Source of the DNA: Tetramitus jugosus
Taxonomy: Eukaryota > Protista > Heterolobosea
DNA length: 64,000 nucleotides
Direction: 5' to 3'
NCBI GenBank assembly: GCA_937625935.1
Contig: OW569345.1
Span: forward strand, 186,001 to 250,000
Positions 1 through 9,849 of this stretch are shown here, in pieces. The translations under genes and the position numbers were made by a program. Within the stretch, counting starts at the first letter, position 1. Every line of letters begins with the position of its first letter. The notes beneath the pieces were generated by a model, which was not told the origin of the DNA, searched no databases, and saw only the letters and a program-made list of their open reading frames with translations.

Positions 1-1166
1 TTGCAGTCTCAGAATGAGAACAAGATGGATCCAAATAATCAATTGCTTGTCTTGTCGATGAAGCACTTCTTCCGCTCATTGAACCGACACTTAACACACT
101 AGAGTTCATGGCACTTCGATTCATTCTTGATGAGAGGAAAGTGGACGATGGTGTGGCACCTGCTGTCGGTGTTGTTCGTCTCATGATGGACGAAGATGAT
201 GACGCAGCAGAGGTCGGTGTTCTCATCTCAGCAGCATTCATTCTCATTCTTTCGGATGCCAATGGATGAGGTGTTGATCTTCTGCTGCTCAACAAAGAAC
301 TGCGTCTTCGATCAGCAGACACTGGTGTGTGTGGCATGGATGGTGGTGTACGGAAGGTGGTCATCTTGGATGAGGATGGAATCGATGGATAAATGGATTC
401 ATTCAGATCCATAGCACCACTACTACTACCACCATTTTCAACATGTGATGTTAAAGAGGAGGATGGCTTGTACAATGAAAAGGCAGAGTGCTCCACATGA
501 TCATCAATGTCCATGGCGGATGATGATTGAGATTCGGCATCATTATCAGATGATGATCTCTTTCTCATAAATGTCTTTACAATTCCAATTGTGTCATGAG
601 TGTTACTACTAGTTCTTCGAACAGGAACAGGTTTCATGACTGATGGTGCAAAGATGGAAGCATGTCCATTGGTACCACTGCTACTTCCACTCGTATTCAA
701 CAGTAAACTGCTATCATTGACATTTGTATTGTTGATATTGCTATTGTTGTTGTTGTTGGTGGTGGTGTTTGTGGTGCTTGTGTGGTTGAGGTTCGTGTCT
801 TGGAAGCCCATGGAAGTTGGCTGTTTGATCACACATGAAAAAAAAATGCATCGTGGTGTAAGCGACCTACTAATACTACTATATTCTGTGCACAACAGTA
901 AAAAAAATTTTCACACAAAAAAAAACTTGGACACATACCTCAAATTGAATCGATTGAGCAAATTTGAATGGTGCTTGATTGTTGAGCTGAGACAAGGATG
1001 AAAATTCGGATTGATCTCTCGCGGTTTGTTGTTGTCCATCTTCTTCTTCAGTTTGTTGATTCGAAAACCATCCAATCACTCTCTTAAAATAAGATTTGAT
1101 TCCACTAAAGAGTGGATTGTATGGTTCGTCGCTGTGGTCAGATGATTGCCGTCTGATTGCTGGCAT
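1..1166 (-). CDS. Partial gene (runs off left edge), Ser/Thr/Asn-rich; possible Nup60/Nup153-like nuclear basket nucleoporin
   Basis: ATG at 1166 (MPAIRRQ...EPYNPLFSGIKSYFKRVIGWFS); GTATGT donor near 938 and a CAG acceptor near 822; exon 2 reads open to position 1, ending ...HSETA. The N-terminal RR..PY..LFS.IK.FF/GWF pattern resembles, from memory, the Nup60/Nup153 amphipathic helix. Confidence 0.5.
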
Positions 1167-1291
1167 TTGAATAAACTTCGTTGAGTGTGAGTTGTTTTTT
1201 TTCTTTTGGTTGTGAATGGAGAAATAAATGTTTCGCGCCTTCAACAAATGTTTCTTTTTATGCTTGAAAGAAGTGAGCGAAAACAAAAGGT

Positions 1292-1365
1292 TACAGGCTA
1301 TGAGAATCGAACTCATGACCTTAACGGTGTAAACGTTACGTTCTAACCGACTGAACTAAGCCTGC
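1292..1365 (-). tRNA. tRNA-Val (anticodon TAC)
   Basis: Reverse complement folds as a cloverleaf: GCAGGCT/AGCCTGT acceptor, GTTC/GAAC D arm, TAACG-TTTACAC-CGTTA anticodon arm, ATGAG-TTCGATT-CTCAT T arm; TTTT terminator follows. Confidence 0.96.
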
Positions 1366-1411
1366 TTCTGCTAAAAATAGATTTTCGTGCGCGTCTTGGG
1401 CGGAGGTATGG

Positions 1412-1646
1412 TAGTACCTCCAGGGAACGATGGGTTTAAGTTTAGAGAACGACGCTGTCGACCAGGTAATGGACGCACTGATAAAAAATGGGATGAAACA
1501 AGAAGTAGCACAGCGAAAGGCCCGTAGTTTTGTGTGCTGGGTAAAGAGTCGCTGCATCACAGTGCTGCACAGACTCTACCAGCAATGGGAAACTAAAAGA
1601 AAGAAGGACAGAGTAATAAAGAGCAACCGCGTGTTGTATTAAAAAA
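1412..1646 (+). mobile_element. 5'-truncated non-LTR retrotransposon copy (copy C) upstream of tRNA-Val
   Basis: Flanked by the perfect 15-bp direct repeat TGGGCGGAGGTATGG (1397-1411 and 1647-1661); ends in A6. ORF 1430-1642 aligns by eye with the C-termini of ORFs 7289-7783 and 7928-8218. Its 3' end AATAAAG.GCAAC-N5-GTTGTAT is shared with the copy at 7233-7881. Confidence 0.88.
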
Positions 1647-1661
1647 TGGGCGGAGGTATGG

Positions 1662-1740
1662 CGGGCATGGAGGACATCGAGCGAGTGAAACACTGTGGAA
1701 TCATGACTCGCAGTCTAGAATAAAGTGGAAACAGGTGAAG
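1662..1740 (+). mobile_element. Degraded 3' remnant of an older copy of the same family (copy D)
   Basis: Shares GAGTGA(A/C)ACA, a following hairpin (1692-1714) and an exact AGAATAAAGTGG (1717-1728 = 7840-7851) with the 3' end of copy A; no A tail or TSD recognisable. Confidence 0.5.
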
Positions 1741-1801
1741 AGAGCGTCACTTCGAAAGAGAACAATTTAGCACAACTCAACCTGATAACTTGTGGTTAAG
1801 T

Positions 1802-4254
1802 TTATTCAAATTCAATCATAACTTGTTCGTTGCTGACGACATCTCCTGACTTAACGTTGACCTTCTTGACAGTGAAGTTATCGCGAGCCTTCAACACGTT
1901 TTGCATCTTCATCGCTTCCATCACAACCAATTCTTGACCAGCCTTAACTTGATCTCCCTCCTTGACAGCGACGGAGACGATAGAACCTGGCATTGGAGCG
2001 ATCAACACCTTGGAGTGATCTGGAGGTGGGTAGTATGGCATATATTTGTGCAACTCTTGTTCCTTTGGTGTTCTAACATCCATGTCAAACTCAGTACCCA
2101 TGAATTGAATGGTCAACTTGTTTGGCTTTCTGCTCAATACTTGCATAGTAATGTTGTACTTGTCGTTCAAGGAGGCTCTGAAGATAACGGTACCGACTTC
2201 CCATCTTGGCTTCACAACAAATCTCTTCTTTCCTTCAATCTCAACAATGTACAATCCATCCTCAATATGGACGGCAACATTATAGAGGTTCTCATTGTAT
2301 GTAATAGCATATTCGGATTCAGTTGGCTTCTTTGCGTGACTCAAACGCTGAGAAACGTTGTACTCTCTACTGTTGGCCAAGAATTCGACAAGAGCAGAGC
2401 ATGCAATCAAGTGGCTGTGTTGCTCATTGGACAACTCGATTCCCTTGAATCCCTCTGGGTATTGCTCCTCGAGATACTTGGTGGTAATTTTACCAGATCT
2501 GTATCTGTCTTGAACCAAAACAGATCTCAACAATGGAATGTTATGTCTAAGACCATGGATAATGTAAGTATCAAGGGCATCGACCATTCTCTTAATAGAT
2601 TCATCTCTTGTTTGTCCGTAGGTGATCAGCTTGGAAATCATTGGATCATAGAACACAGAGATTTCAGATCCTTGCAAAATACCAGAATCGACTCTAATGT
2701 GAGCACCATTGTCAGATGGCTCAACATAAGTTTCCAAAGTACCAACCGCTGGTGCATAGTTTCTTGATGGATCTTCAGCGTAAACTCTGCACTCAGTGGC
2801 CCAACCTTGCAACTTGACATCTTCTTGCTTAATAGTGAATGGAAGACCAGCAGCAGAGCGAATCATCAACTCAACGAGATCCAAACCAGTAACGTACTCA
2901 GTAATTGGATGCTCGACTTGCAAACGGGTATTCATCTCCAAGAAGTAGAAATTCTTGTCTTGATCAATCAACATCTCAATAGTACCGGCAGATGTGTAAC
3001 CGACAGCTCTGGCCAAAGCAGCAGCTTGCTCACCCATAGCTCTTCTAGTCTTCTCATCGATAGCAGTAGAAGGTGCTTCTTCAATCACCTTTTGATTACG
3101 TCTCTGGATAGAGCATTCTCTTTCTGGCAAATACAAGATGTTACCATGCTTGTCACAAATGATTTGAATTTCAATGTGACGTGGCTCTTGAATAAACTTC
3201 TCAACAAGCATTTTGTTGCTGTTAAAGTTTCTCAATGCTTCGTCTTGACTCAATCTGAAACCTTCTTCCAAATCCTGGTCATTCCATGCAATTCTCATAC
3301 CCTTACCACCACCACCAGCAGAGGCCTTGATCATCACTGGATATCCAATTTGAGCAGCGTTCTTAATGGCATCAGCAGCAGTCTCGACTTCACCTGGGAA
3401 ACCAGGAATAATGTTAACCTTTGCCTTCTCAGCAATCTTCTTGCTCTGAATCTTGTCACCCATGGCATCAATTGCGTCAGCTGGTGGTCCAATAAAAACG
3501 AATCCCTCCTTTTCAACAGTTCTTGCAAAATCAGCATTCTCAGACAAGAAACCATAACCAGGGTGAACAGCTTGAGCACCAGTTGCCTTCATTGCCTCAA
3601 TAATCTTGTCTGCACGCAAGTAAGATTGACTCACAGGAGATGGTCCAATGTAATAAGTTTCATCAGCCATTCTCACGTGCTTTGCATTGGCATCAGCATC
3701 AGAGTAAACAGCAACAGTCTTGATTCCCAACTTGCGGCAAGTGCTAATAATTCTGCATGTGATCTCACCTCTGTTAGCAATCAAAATCTTATCAAAGTAC
3801 TGTAGTGTAGTAGTAGTAACCAATACCCATTGACAACAACAAGTTCACCACAATTCACACACAAGTTTTTTTTTCAGTTACAATGAATCAATCAAAACAG
3901 CAGCAAACAACAAATAAAAATCAAGTGTTAGTTTCTGGAGGTACACCACATGTAAACAAAAACGCATCACTTGCATCATTTAAATACCTTTTCTTGCTTA
4001 CCAGTAGAGCTACTGTTGGTGCTGGCAGTTGTGGTGTTGTTGCTATTATTGCTCTGAGCATCCAAATGAACCATAGATGGCTTAAAAGAACCCAACGATT
4101 GAGCAGTATTCATAAAAGTTCTGCGAGAGACAATTGAGATACCAGTTGCTGCTGCAGCAACGCACTTTTGGTTGGTGGAGGCGATGATAGTGGCCTTATT
4201 GCTGTTTTGAGCAAGCTTTGGACCAAGTTGTTTCAACACTCTTCTCATGTGCAT
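1802..4254 (-). CDS. PCCA: Propionyl-CoA carboxylase alpha subunit, mitochondrial
   Basis: Biotin carboxylase motifs (KILIANRGEI, HPGYGFLSEN, GGGGKGMRIAWND, FLEMNTRLQVEHP) and the biotin-attachment motif EAMKMQN. Exon 1 (4254-3988) looks like a mitochondrial presequence; intron 3800-3987. Confidence 0.92.
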
Positions 4255-4781
4255 GGATAATGATCAGTGGTTTGGTGAGATGTTTGAATGAATAACAGGA
4301 TTTTGTGTGGATAATTTTTTTTTCTCACGGCAACTTTCACCGATGAGCAAAGATTTCCCCTCTGCGCCTTCAGTCATTTCAGATCTGGTTGAATTTTCCC
4401 GAGAATTACAACAGGATTATTCCGCCTAGGATTTTGATTGAATTCCGATCGAGAAAAATGAGTGATGAAGTTGTTGCAAAGCAATACTTCTTTGTTGTGA
4501 ATGAGATTTGCCTGTGATTGCTCAGTTCATTGGTCATGTCAGGTCAAATAACTGAATGCTTTCCTGATATTTTACAGTAAGCAAACTCACACTTCTTTCC
4601 AAGAATGGAGTTTCAATGGCAAGTTTGGCCATTCATTGTGCCATCACAGAGTACAACCCCTCTATCAAGACCAGAAGGCAAGACCTGCGATGTTTCAGTT
4701 TCCACAAAACAGAAAAAAAAAACAAAAAAAGAAGCCGAAGCTAGTACAGCAACGAAATCAACAACACATCACATTCCGATC

Positions 4782-5849
4782 ATGTCTGATCATCATCACC
4801 ATCACCGGTGGCACCGCCACACCCATTTTCTGGCATTGTTCATCATTCTCATATTTGTCGTATCTCTCATATTTATCGAACAAACGCATGCCATATCCAG
4901 AAATGACTTTCCAGAGACGAAATCATTCACTACAACTGGTCAACCAAACTTGCAAAACATTAAAGCAACGTCCGTCCTGAGAGAAAGTAAATCTCGAGGT
5001 ATCAAGTGCGAATTTCGATTCTCTACTGTCGACTGTGAAGACGTCAGAGCAAACTTGAAGCAACAGGAACAAAAGGAACAACTAAAACAACAACAACAAC
5101 AAGAGAAATCAGTGTCTCCAAAAGACAATTTTAGCAAACTTCAGTTGTTGAACAAGGAATGCTTTACAAAAAAGGATGATTACTGGACCTATAAGATTTG
5201 TGTGGGAGATGACATTACTCAGTCGCATGGCACAGCAGACACGTACACACTGGGCAAGTACGCCTCAACAGACAAGTCTGTTCAAGTGTACGATGAAGGA
5301 ACAGCGTGTGAGACCAATCAACAACAGCACGCAGGAAAGAAGAGAAGAACAACAGTCAAGTTCATGTGTGGCAAGAGTGCTGGAATTATTAGCATATCGG
5401 AACCAGAGGTTTGTGTGTATACGGCTACGGTTACTCATCCATCTCTGTGTGGACAAGATTCTTCGTTTGAAGTGTACAGTGGAAGTGTGCGTGATTTGTC
5501 GACACAAGTGGCTCAGTCACCACTGGATTATTGGATGTTGTCTGTGGAGAAGACATCATCCGGTGAATACTTGTGCACACTGAAGAGTGTGTTGAGAGAT
5601 TTAAAAACAAAGTTAAGCACGTGTTTTAGTGAGTTCTCTCTTGCAACATATTCTGTCACGTACAATGAAGAGGATGGATCAGAGACGGAGCAGGCACAGC
5701 ATCTGACATCTGTTGTAGCCAAGCAGGAGAATCGGAAGCCATTACTTAAGAGTCAAATGTTGAGAATTCCTGGTGGTGTGAAGAGCAATGAATCCAAATT
5801 CCCTGGTTTCCTGGAGTATCTGCACATCAGAACATCAAAGAAGAAATGA
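4782..5849 (+). CDS. OS-9/Yos9/erlectin-like ER lectin (MRH/PRKCSH domain)
   Basis: N-terminal hydrophobic segment, then C...YWTYKIC...Q.H...LGKY...QVYDEGTAC...RRTTVKFMC...SEPEVCVY...LC, which is the MRH signature. Confidence 0.8.
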   Translation: MSDHHHHHRWHRHTHFLALFIILIFVVSLIFIEQTHAISRNDFPETKSFTTTGQPNLQNIKATSVLRESKSRGIKCEFRFSTVDCEDVRANLKQQEQKEQLKQQQQQEKSVSPKDNFSKLQLLNKECFTKKDDYWTYKICVGDDITQSHGTADTYTLGKYASTDKSVQVYDEGTACETNQQQHAGKKRRTTVKFMCGKSAGIISISEPEVCVYTATVTHPSLCGQDSSFEVYSGSVRDLSTQVAQSPLDYWMLSVEKTSSGEYLCTLKSVLRDLKTKLSTCFSEFSLATYSVTYNEEDGSETEQAQHLTSVVAKQENRKPLLKSQMLRIPGGVKSNESKFPGFLEYLHIRTSKKK

Positions 5850-6190
5850 TCAATAAAACGCCATGTGTAATTTGTTGAATCCAAAAATTCTCCCATAATA
5901 CTCTGGCTGTTTGCGATGGAAATCGATTGATGAACAACGAGAAAAAAACCTTGTTGTTTGTTTTTGACCAAACGCTGAACTGATGACAACCGTTTTGAGC
6001 TAAACTGCATTCTGAATCAATCTTCCATGTTGACAGAAACAAAACTAATATCTCTTCACTTTGAACTGACAAGCGTTTTTTGGACTTTCTGGATTGAATG
6101 GAAATGATGTGACCTTCCTTTTGGTTATCATTGTTTCTTGGAGGCCGTGCCAAGGCCGTTGAAGAAATGGTGACAAAAAGAACCTGGAGT

Positions 6191-7013
6191 TTATTTTCTC
6201 AGGCTCTTCAATACTCTCAGCACGATTTTACTTGCGGCTGCTCTGAATTCAATTTCTTGATGTGCTAGTTTTACATCTTTCAAGTTGAAGGACTTGTGGA
6301 TGTTCACCTTGAGCTCGCCCGAGGCAACCCATCTGAATAAATCCTGAGCTCTACGATCTGTTTCCTCCTCTGTTACAGTGAAATCAACGAGCGAAGGTCG
6401 AGTCATTCTGATAGATCCATACTTTGTTAGCAACAGAGGATCCACAGGTGGCACAGGACCAGAGGCATTTCCAAAGAATACAACATCACCTCTTCTGCCT
6501 ACACTCTTCATACTTTGCTCCCAGGTTGATGCACCAACATCATCGTACACCACGTTGACACCACTTGGTACAATCTTTCGAACTCCATCACTCACCACAA
6601 CACCAGCCTTGGAGTAAACAATCGTGTGAGTCGCACCAAAATTCTTTGCTAATGTAGCCTTTTCTTCGCTTCCAACTGTTCCAATAATGTTCTTTGCTCC
6701 CTTGATACGACAAATCTGAGTAATGAACTGACCTGTTCCTCCATCAGCGGCATGCACCAACACAGAGCTCTTTGGACACTGGATGACAATCATGAACCAA
6801 GTAGTGAGCAGTCATTCCATTGACCATGCATGCTACTGCACTATCCACTGGTACATTACCAGGTATCTTAACAATCTTATCTGCACCGACGGCCACATAC
6901 TCTGCAGAACATCCTCTTCCATAGACACCAACACGATCACCAACCTTTAGATTTCTGACAGAGTCACCGACATTGGTGACGACACCAGGAGGCAGGGTTA
7001 TGACAGCTTCCAT
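6191..7013 (-). pseudogene. NADPH:quinone oxidoreductase (zeta-crystallin/QorA-like, MDR family) pseudogene
   Basis: Two overlapping frames (6744-7022 and 6191-6793) join by a frameshift near 6770 (AHYLVHDCHPVSK / SSVLVHAADGGTGQ). The usual N-terminal segment is missing and conserved motifs are altered (AAAGG to AADGG, YDGVG to YDDVG). Confidence 0.8.
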
Positions 7014-7072
7014 TGTGTACAATTGTTGATGTGGTTACTTGTTGTTTTGATCAACCTACAAATTAATGCAAA

Positions 7073-7192
7073 AGCCTACATTACTGAGGGTTCTCGAGTA
7101 GTCTCCTATCTCAATACTAACTCAGCCAGATGGTGCTTAACTTCTCTATTCGAAATGGGAAGAGGTGGTTCCACCATTGTATGAACGTAGAC
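7073..7192 (-). rRNA. 5S rRNA gene (solitary, dispersed copy)
   Basis: Reverse complement GTCTACGTTCATAC...GAAGTTAAGC...GTTAGTATTGAGATAGGAGAC...TGTAGGCTTTT, about 120 nt. Helix I (GTCTACG/TGTAGGC) and helix II (ATGGTG/CACCAT) pair; box A- and box C-like motifs and a T4 terminator are present. Confidence 0.93.
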
Positions 7193-7232
7193 AACTAATC
7201 TGACTTTCAGTACATTTTCAGCGTTTTTAGGC

Positions 7233-7881
7233 GTCCTCCGTGCCATAGGGTGGATGCAACTTCGAACCGAACGACGTAAATACTCGTAATGCGTGGACTT
7301 TATGGTAGTGTGGAAGATGCGAGATGCCCAATCTGTAAGAAAGAAGATGACACTATCGTTCATCTATTAGTTGAGTGTCCGCCCGCACAAGAGGCTAGGC
7401 GTAGAATTAGAGAGGTTTTCGCCTTACAGCTGAACAAATTGAACATACCTAAGGATACAAGAGTGGAATTGTGGTTCGACAGCTACCTATTTTGTAATGG
7501 AAACATAACGAAAAGAGCGGTAGATATGACGTCGAGTGATATTCTCGCAGGTATGATGGGTAAGGAAGGAGACACGAGGGAGGATATCACCACGGCACTA
7601 CAAAAGTCGGGATGCAAGCGAAAAGAAGCTGTAAAGAGGGTAGCAAGTGTGATCAATAGTACTAAAAGAATGTGCATCAAAGCACTCCACACGCTGTTCA
7701 CTGCCTCAAAGGAACAGTGGAGAGGAACTATGCTCAGCACTACAAATGTTAGTCCGCACGGACTTGATGGCGATAGGGAGTGACACAATACTCTGCACCG
7801 TACCGGTGCAGAGTAGAATCGCTTCTAAACTTGTTGTACAGAATAAAGTGGCAACACCAGGTTGTATGGAAAAAAAAAAAA
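7233..7881 (+). mobile_element. 5'-truncated non-LTR retrotransposon copy (copy A) upstream of 5S rRNA
   Basis: Perfect 15-bp TSD TCAGCGTTTTTAGGC (7218-7232 and 7882-7896); A12 tail at 7870-7881. ORF 7289-7783 carries CPICKKEDDTIVHLLVEC, the CCHC zinc-binding motif (zf-RVT type) found downstream of RT in L1/Tx1-like ORF2. A 3' UTR hairpin is present. Confidence 0.92.
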
Positions 7882-7896
7882 TCAGCGTTTTTAGGC

Positions 7897-8260
7897 TCCT
7901 GAAGTTGGTGCCACCAAGCTGAGTAAAATGGGTCTTCACAAAGACCAAAGAGTAGAAATGTGGTTCGATAATCAACGATGGTGCAACGGCGTGTTGCAAG
8001 TCAATAAGCGGAGGAAAACAAGCAAGGAATACATGCTTGTCATGTTGGGTATTGAAACAAGGGCGCTGAAACAAGTGATCAAAGGACTGACGAAGAGTGG
8101 GATGGAGAAGAAGAAGGCAAGTGAGAAGGCCCAACAATTTGTCGATCATACAAAGAGGAGGTGTGTGGAGGTGATGCGACGCCTCTTCACGAGTTCAAAG
8201 GAGATTGCTGGTTGCTAATGCTCTACGAGCATTATTCCATCGCAAGAAGAGAAACAAAAG
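7897..8260 (+). mobile_element. Older 5'-truncated copy (copy B) directly behind copy A
   Basis: In-frame EVGATKLSKMGLHKDQRVEMWFD...LTKSG...TKRRCVEVMRRLFTSSKE aligns with copy A EVFALQLNKLNIPKDTRVELWFD...LQKSG...TKRMCIKALHTLFTASKE. The 3' boundary is uncertain; no TSD or tail seen. Confidence 0.8.
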
Positions 8261-8319
8261 TTAAAAGATTGGTTAATGCAACGACATACATCGGGCTGTA
8301 CAAGTAATTAACTTCGTCC

Positions 8320-9849
8320 TCAACTTTTACTACTTGTTCTTTGGTTGTATGCCCGAATTCGGTTGTACATTTTACTGCTCCTGTACATCAGAACCAGTCC
8401 TACAATAAATCCCAAGAGGCACAAACCTGTACATATGAGATAGGTAGCCTGATAGCACTTCTTTCCATAGCAGCTCTTTGATCCTTCTTTCGAATTTGCT
8501 TTGTAAATTGCGCTCGCAAGCAATGTGGCCAACAGGTAAGAGCCTAGAGATGGTGCCAGACAAGCAACACGAAAGGTAATCGAGAAGTACTTTTGTCCAA
8601 ATCGTTCAGATAGGTAACTCGGAATCATGGCATATAGAGCACCGTTCATAAATCCTAAACAAGCAACTAACGGATGCATCATTCGAAGCGTGGAAAAAGA
8701 AAATCCATAGTGGATCAATCCGATGCACAAGGAGGCACAGTTCAATAGCGTCATTCGGGTCACATGACGTGCAAGTTTATCACTCACCCAACCAGCAATA
8801 ATTCGACCCACACAGTTTGAAAATGAAAAAAGGAGAATCATAACGTTTTGTGATCCCTTCTTTGCACCCAACGACAGCACAATCGATCCTAGATTATTAT
8901 TAATCACATAAACGCTGCCTACACCGGAGAAGAACACAATGAACAACAACCAAAAGTCCAATGTGAACAACACTTGTATTGGATTGACCTCTCTAAAGAC
9001 CATATCCTTTGTTGTCACAATCTTTTGAATGCGCCTCTCCGATCCCTCCCTTTGAATCACGGCAAGTTCAGGGTGCTCTGTGGCAACGAATGGAGAAACT
9101 TCTGTCCCATAAGAGTTTGATTGGTAGTATAGAACAGGTTGAGACACTTCCAAGTCAGAACCTGATGTGCTGTCACTTCTCAGAGGCTGTGTGAAACCTT
9201 GGATATTCAACGATTTTCCTTCGTCGTCAGAGCAAAGCTCTCCCATTCCACCTTCTTGAGGCACAATGTTCATGAAAATAGTAGAAACAATCGGAATACC
9301 CCCTGCGGAAATTGCCATAAACAACAAGAACTGGTTTAGATCCCTCTTGAATACAATCGAGAATATACTTGTAAAGATCGCGGCGGAGATTGCGAGAAAA
9401 GATGCCATAGCTCCCACTACTCTTCCTCTACTTGCATGACTAAAGTTCACAATATTGGTTGAGAGTGCTGCTGTGTAAGCAGTGGACGCGCCATTTTGCA
9501 TCACCATGAAAAACAGACCCATGACCACAAAATTGACCGATATCCACTTTACAGCACCACAGTAAATCAGAAAGTAGCCAAGAAACATCAAGAATCCCGC
9601 CAATAAACAACTAGGCCTAGTTCCAGCAAAATTGTAAAATAAAGAGCCAAGAACAGCCAAGTTACCACCAACGTTGGCCATGGTTCCCACCATATTAATC
9701 TCATACTGTGTGAAATCCAATTGTTCCTTGAGAGAGGGAGCAATTGCTGAAAACATGTAGCTCACACCACTAACCGTACACATGAGAAGGCCAAAAACAA
9801 ATGTAAACCATTTGTTCACTGTGAGTGTGGGTAATTTAAACCTTGTCAT
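8320..9849 (-). CDS. MFS transporter, nodulin-like/Mch1 family
   Basis: About 12 hydrophobic segments in two halves with a central loop; motifs YMFSAIAPSLK, RGRVVG, GRIIAGWVSD, and C-terminal CYGKKCY. First ATG at 9849. Confidence 0.88.
   Translation of the reverse strand: MTRFKLPTLTVNKWFTFVFGLLMCTVSGVSYMFSAIAPSLKEQLDFTQYEINMVGTMANVGGNLAVLGSLFYNFAGTRPSCLLAGFLMFLGYFLIYCGAVKWISVNFVVMGLFFMVMQNGASTAYTAALSTNIVNFSHASRGRVVGAMASFLAISAAIFTSIFSIVFKRDLNQFLLFMAISAGGIPIVSTIFMNIVPQEGGMGELCSDDEGKSLNIQGFTQPLRSDSTSGSDLEVSQPVLYYQSNSYGTEVSPFVATEHPELAVIQREGSERRIQKIVTTKDMVFREVNPIQVLFTLDFWLLFIVFFSGVGSVYVINNNLGSIVLSLGAKKGSQNVMILLFSFSNCVGRIIAGWVSDKLARHVTRMTLLNCASLCIGLIHYGFSFSTLRMMHPLVACLGFMNGALYAMIPSYLSERFGQKYFSITFRVACLAPSLGSYLLATLLASAIYKANSKEGSKSCYGKKCYQATYLICTGLCLLGFIVGLVLMYRSSKMYNRIRAYNQRTSSKS

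Noticed and set aside
1402-1421. 7-bp inverted repeat GGAGGTA/TACCTCC across the 5' junction of copy C
   Set aside because: Short, and the right arm encodes Y-L that aligns with copy B, so chance is sufficient.
1901-3805. Long + strand ORFs (288 and 332 aa) opposite PCCA
   Set aside because: Antisense shadows of a codon-biased gene; no recognisable protein features.
4462-4555. GTGATGA...CTGA spacing resembling a box C/D snoRNA
   Set aside because: No convincing terminal stem or verifiable guide; such motifs occur often by chance in this sequence.
5827-6153. 108-aa - strand ORF between the OS-9-like gene and the pseudogene
   Set aside because: Non-ATG start, overlaps the neighbour's 3' end, no recognisable motif.
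1397-7896. 15-bp direct repeats as CRISPR-like or LTR structures
   Set aside because: Each occurs only twice, flanking an A-tailed insert, which is the signature of a target-site duplication.
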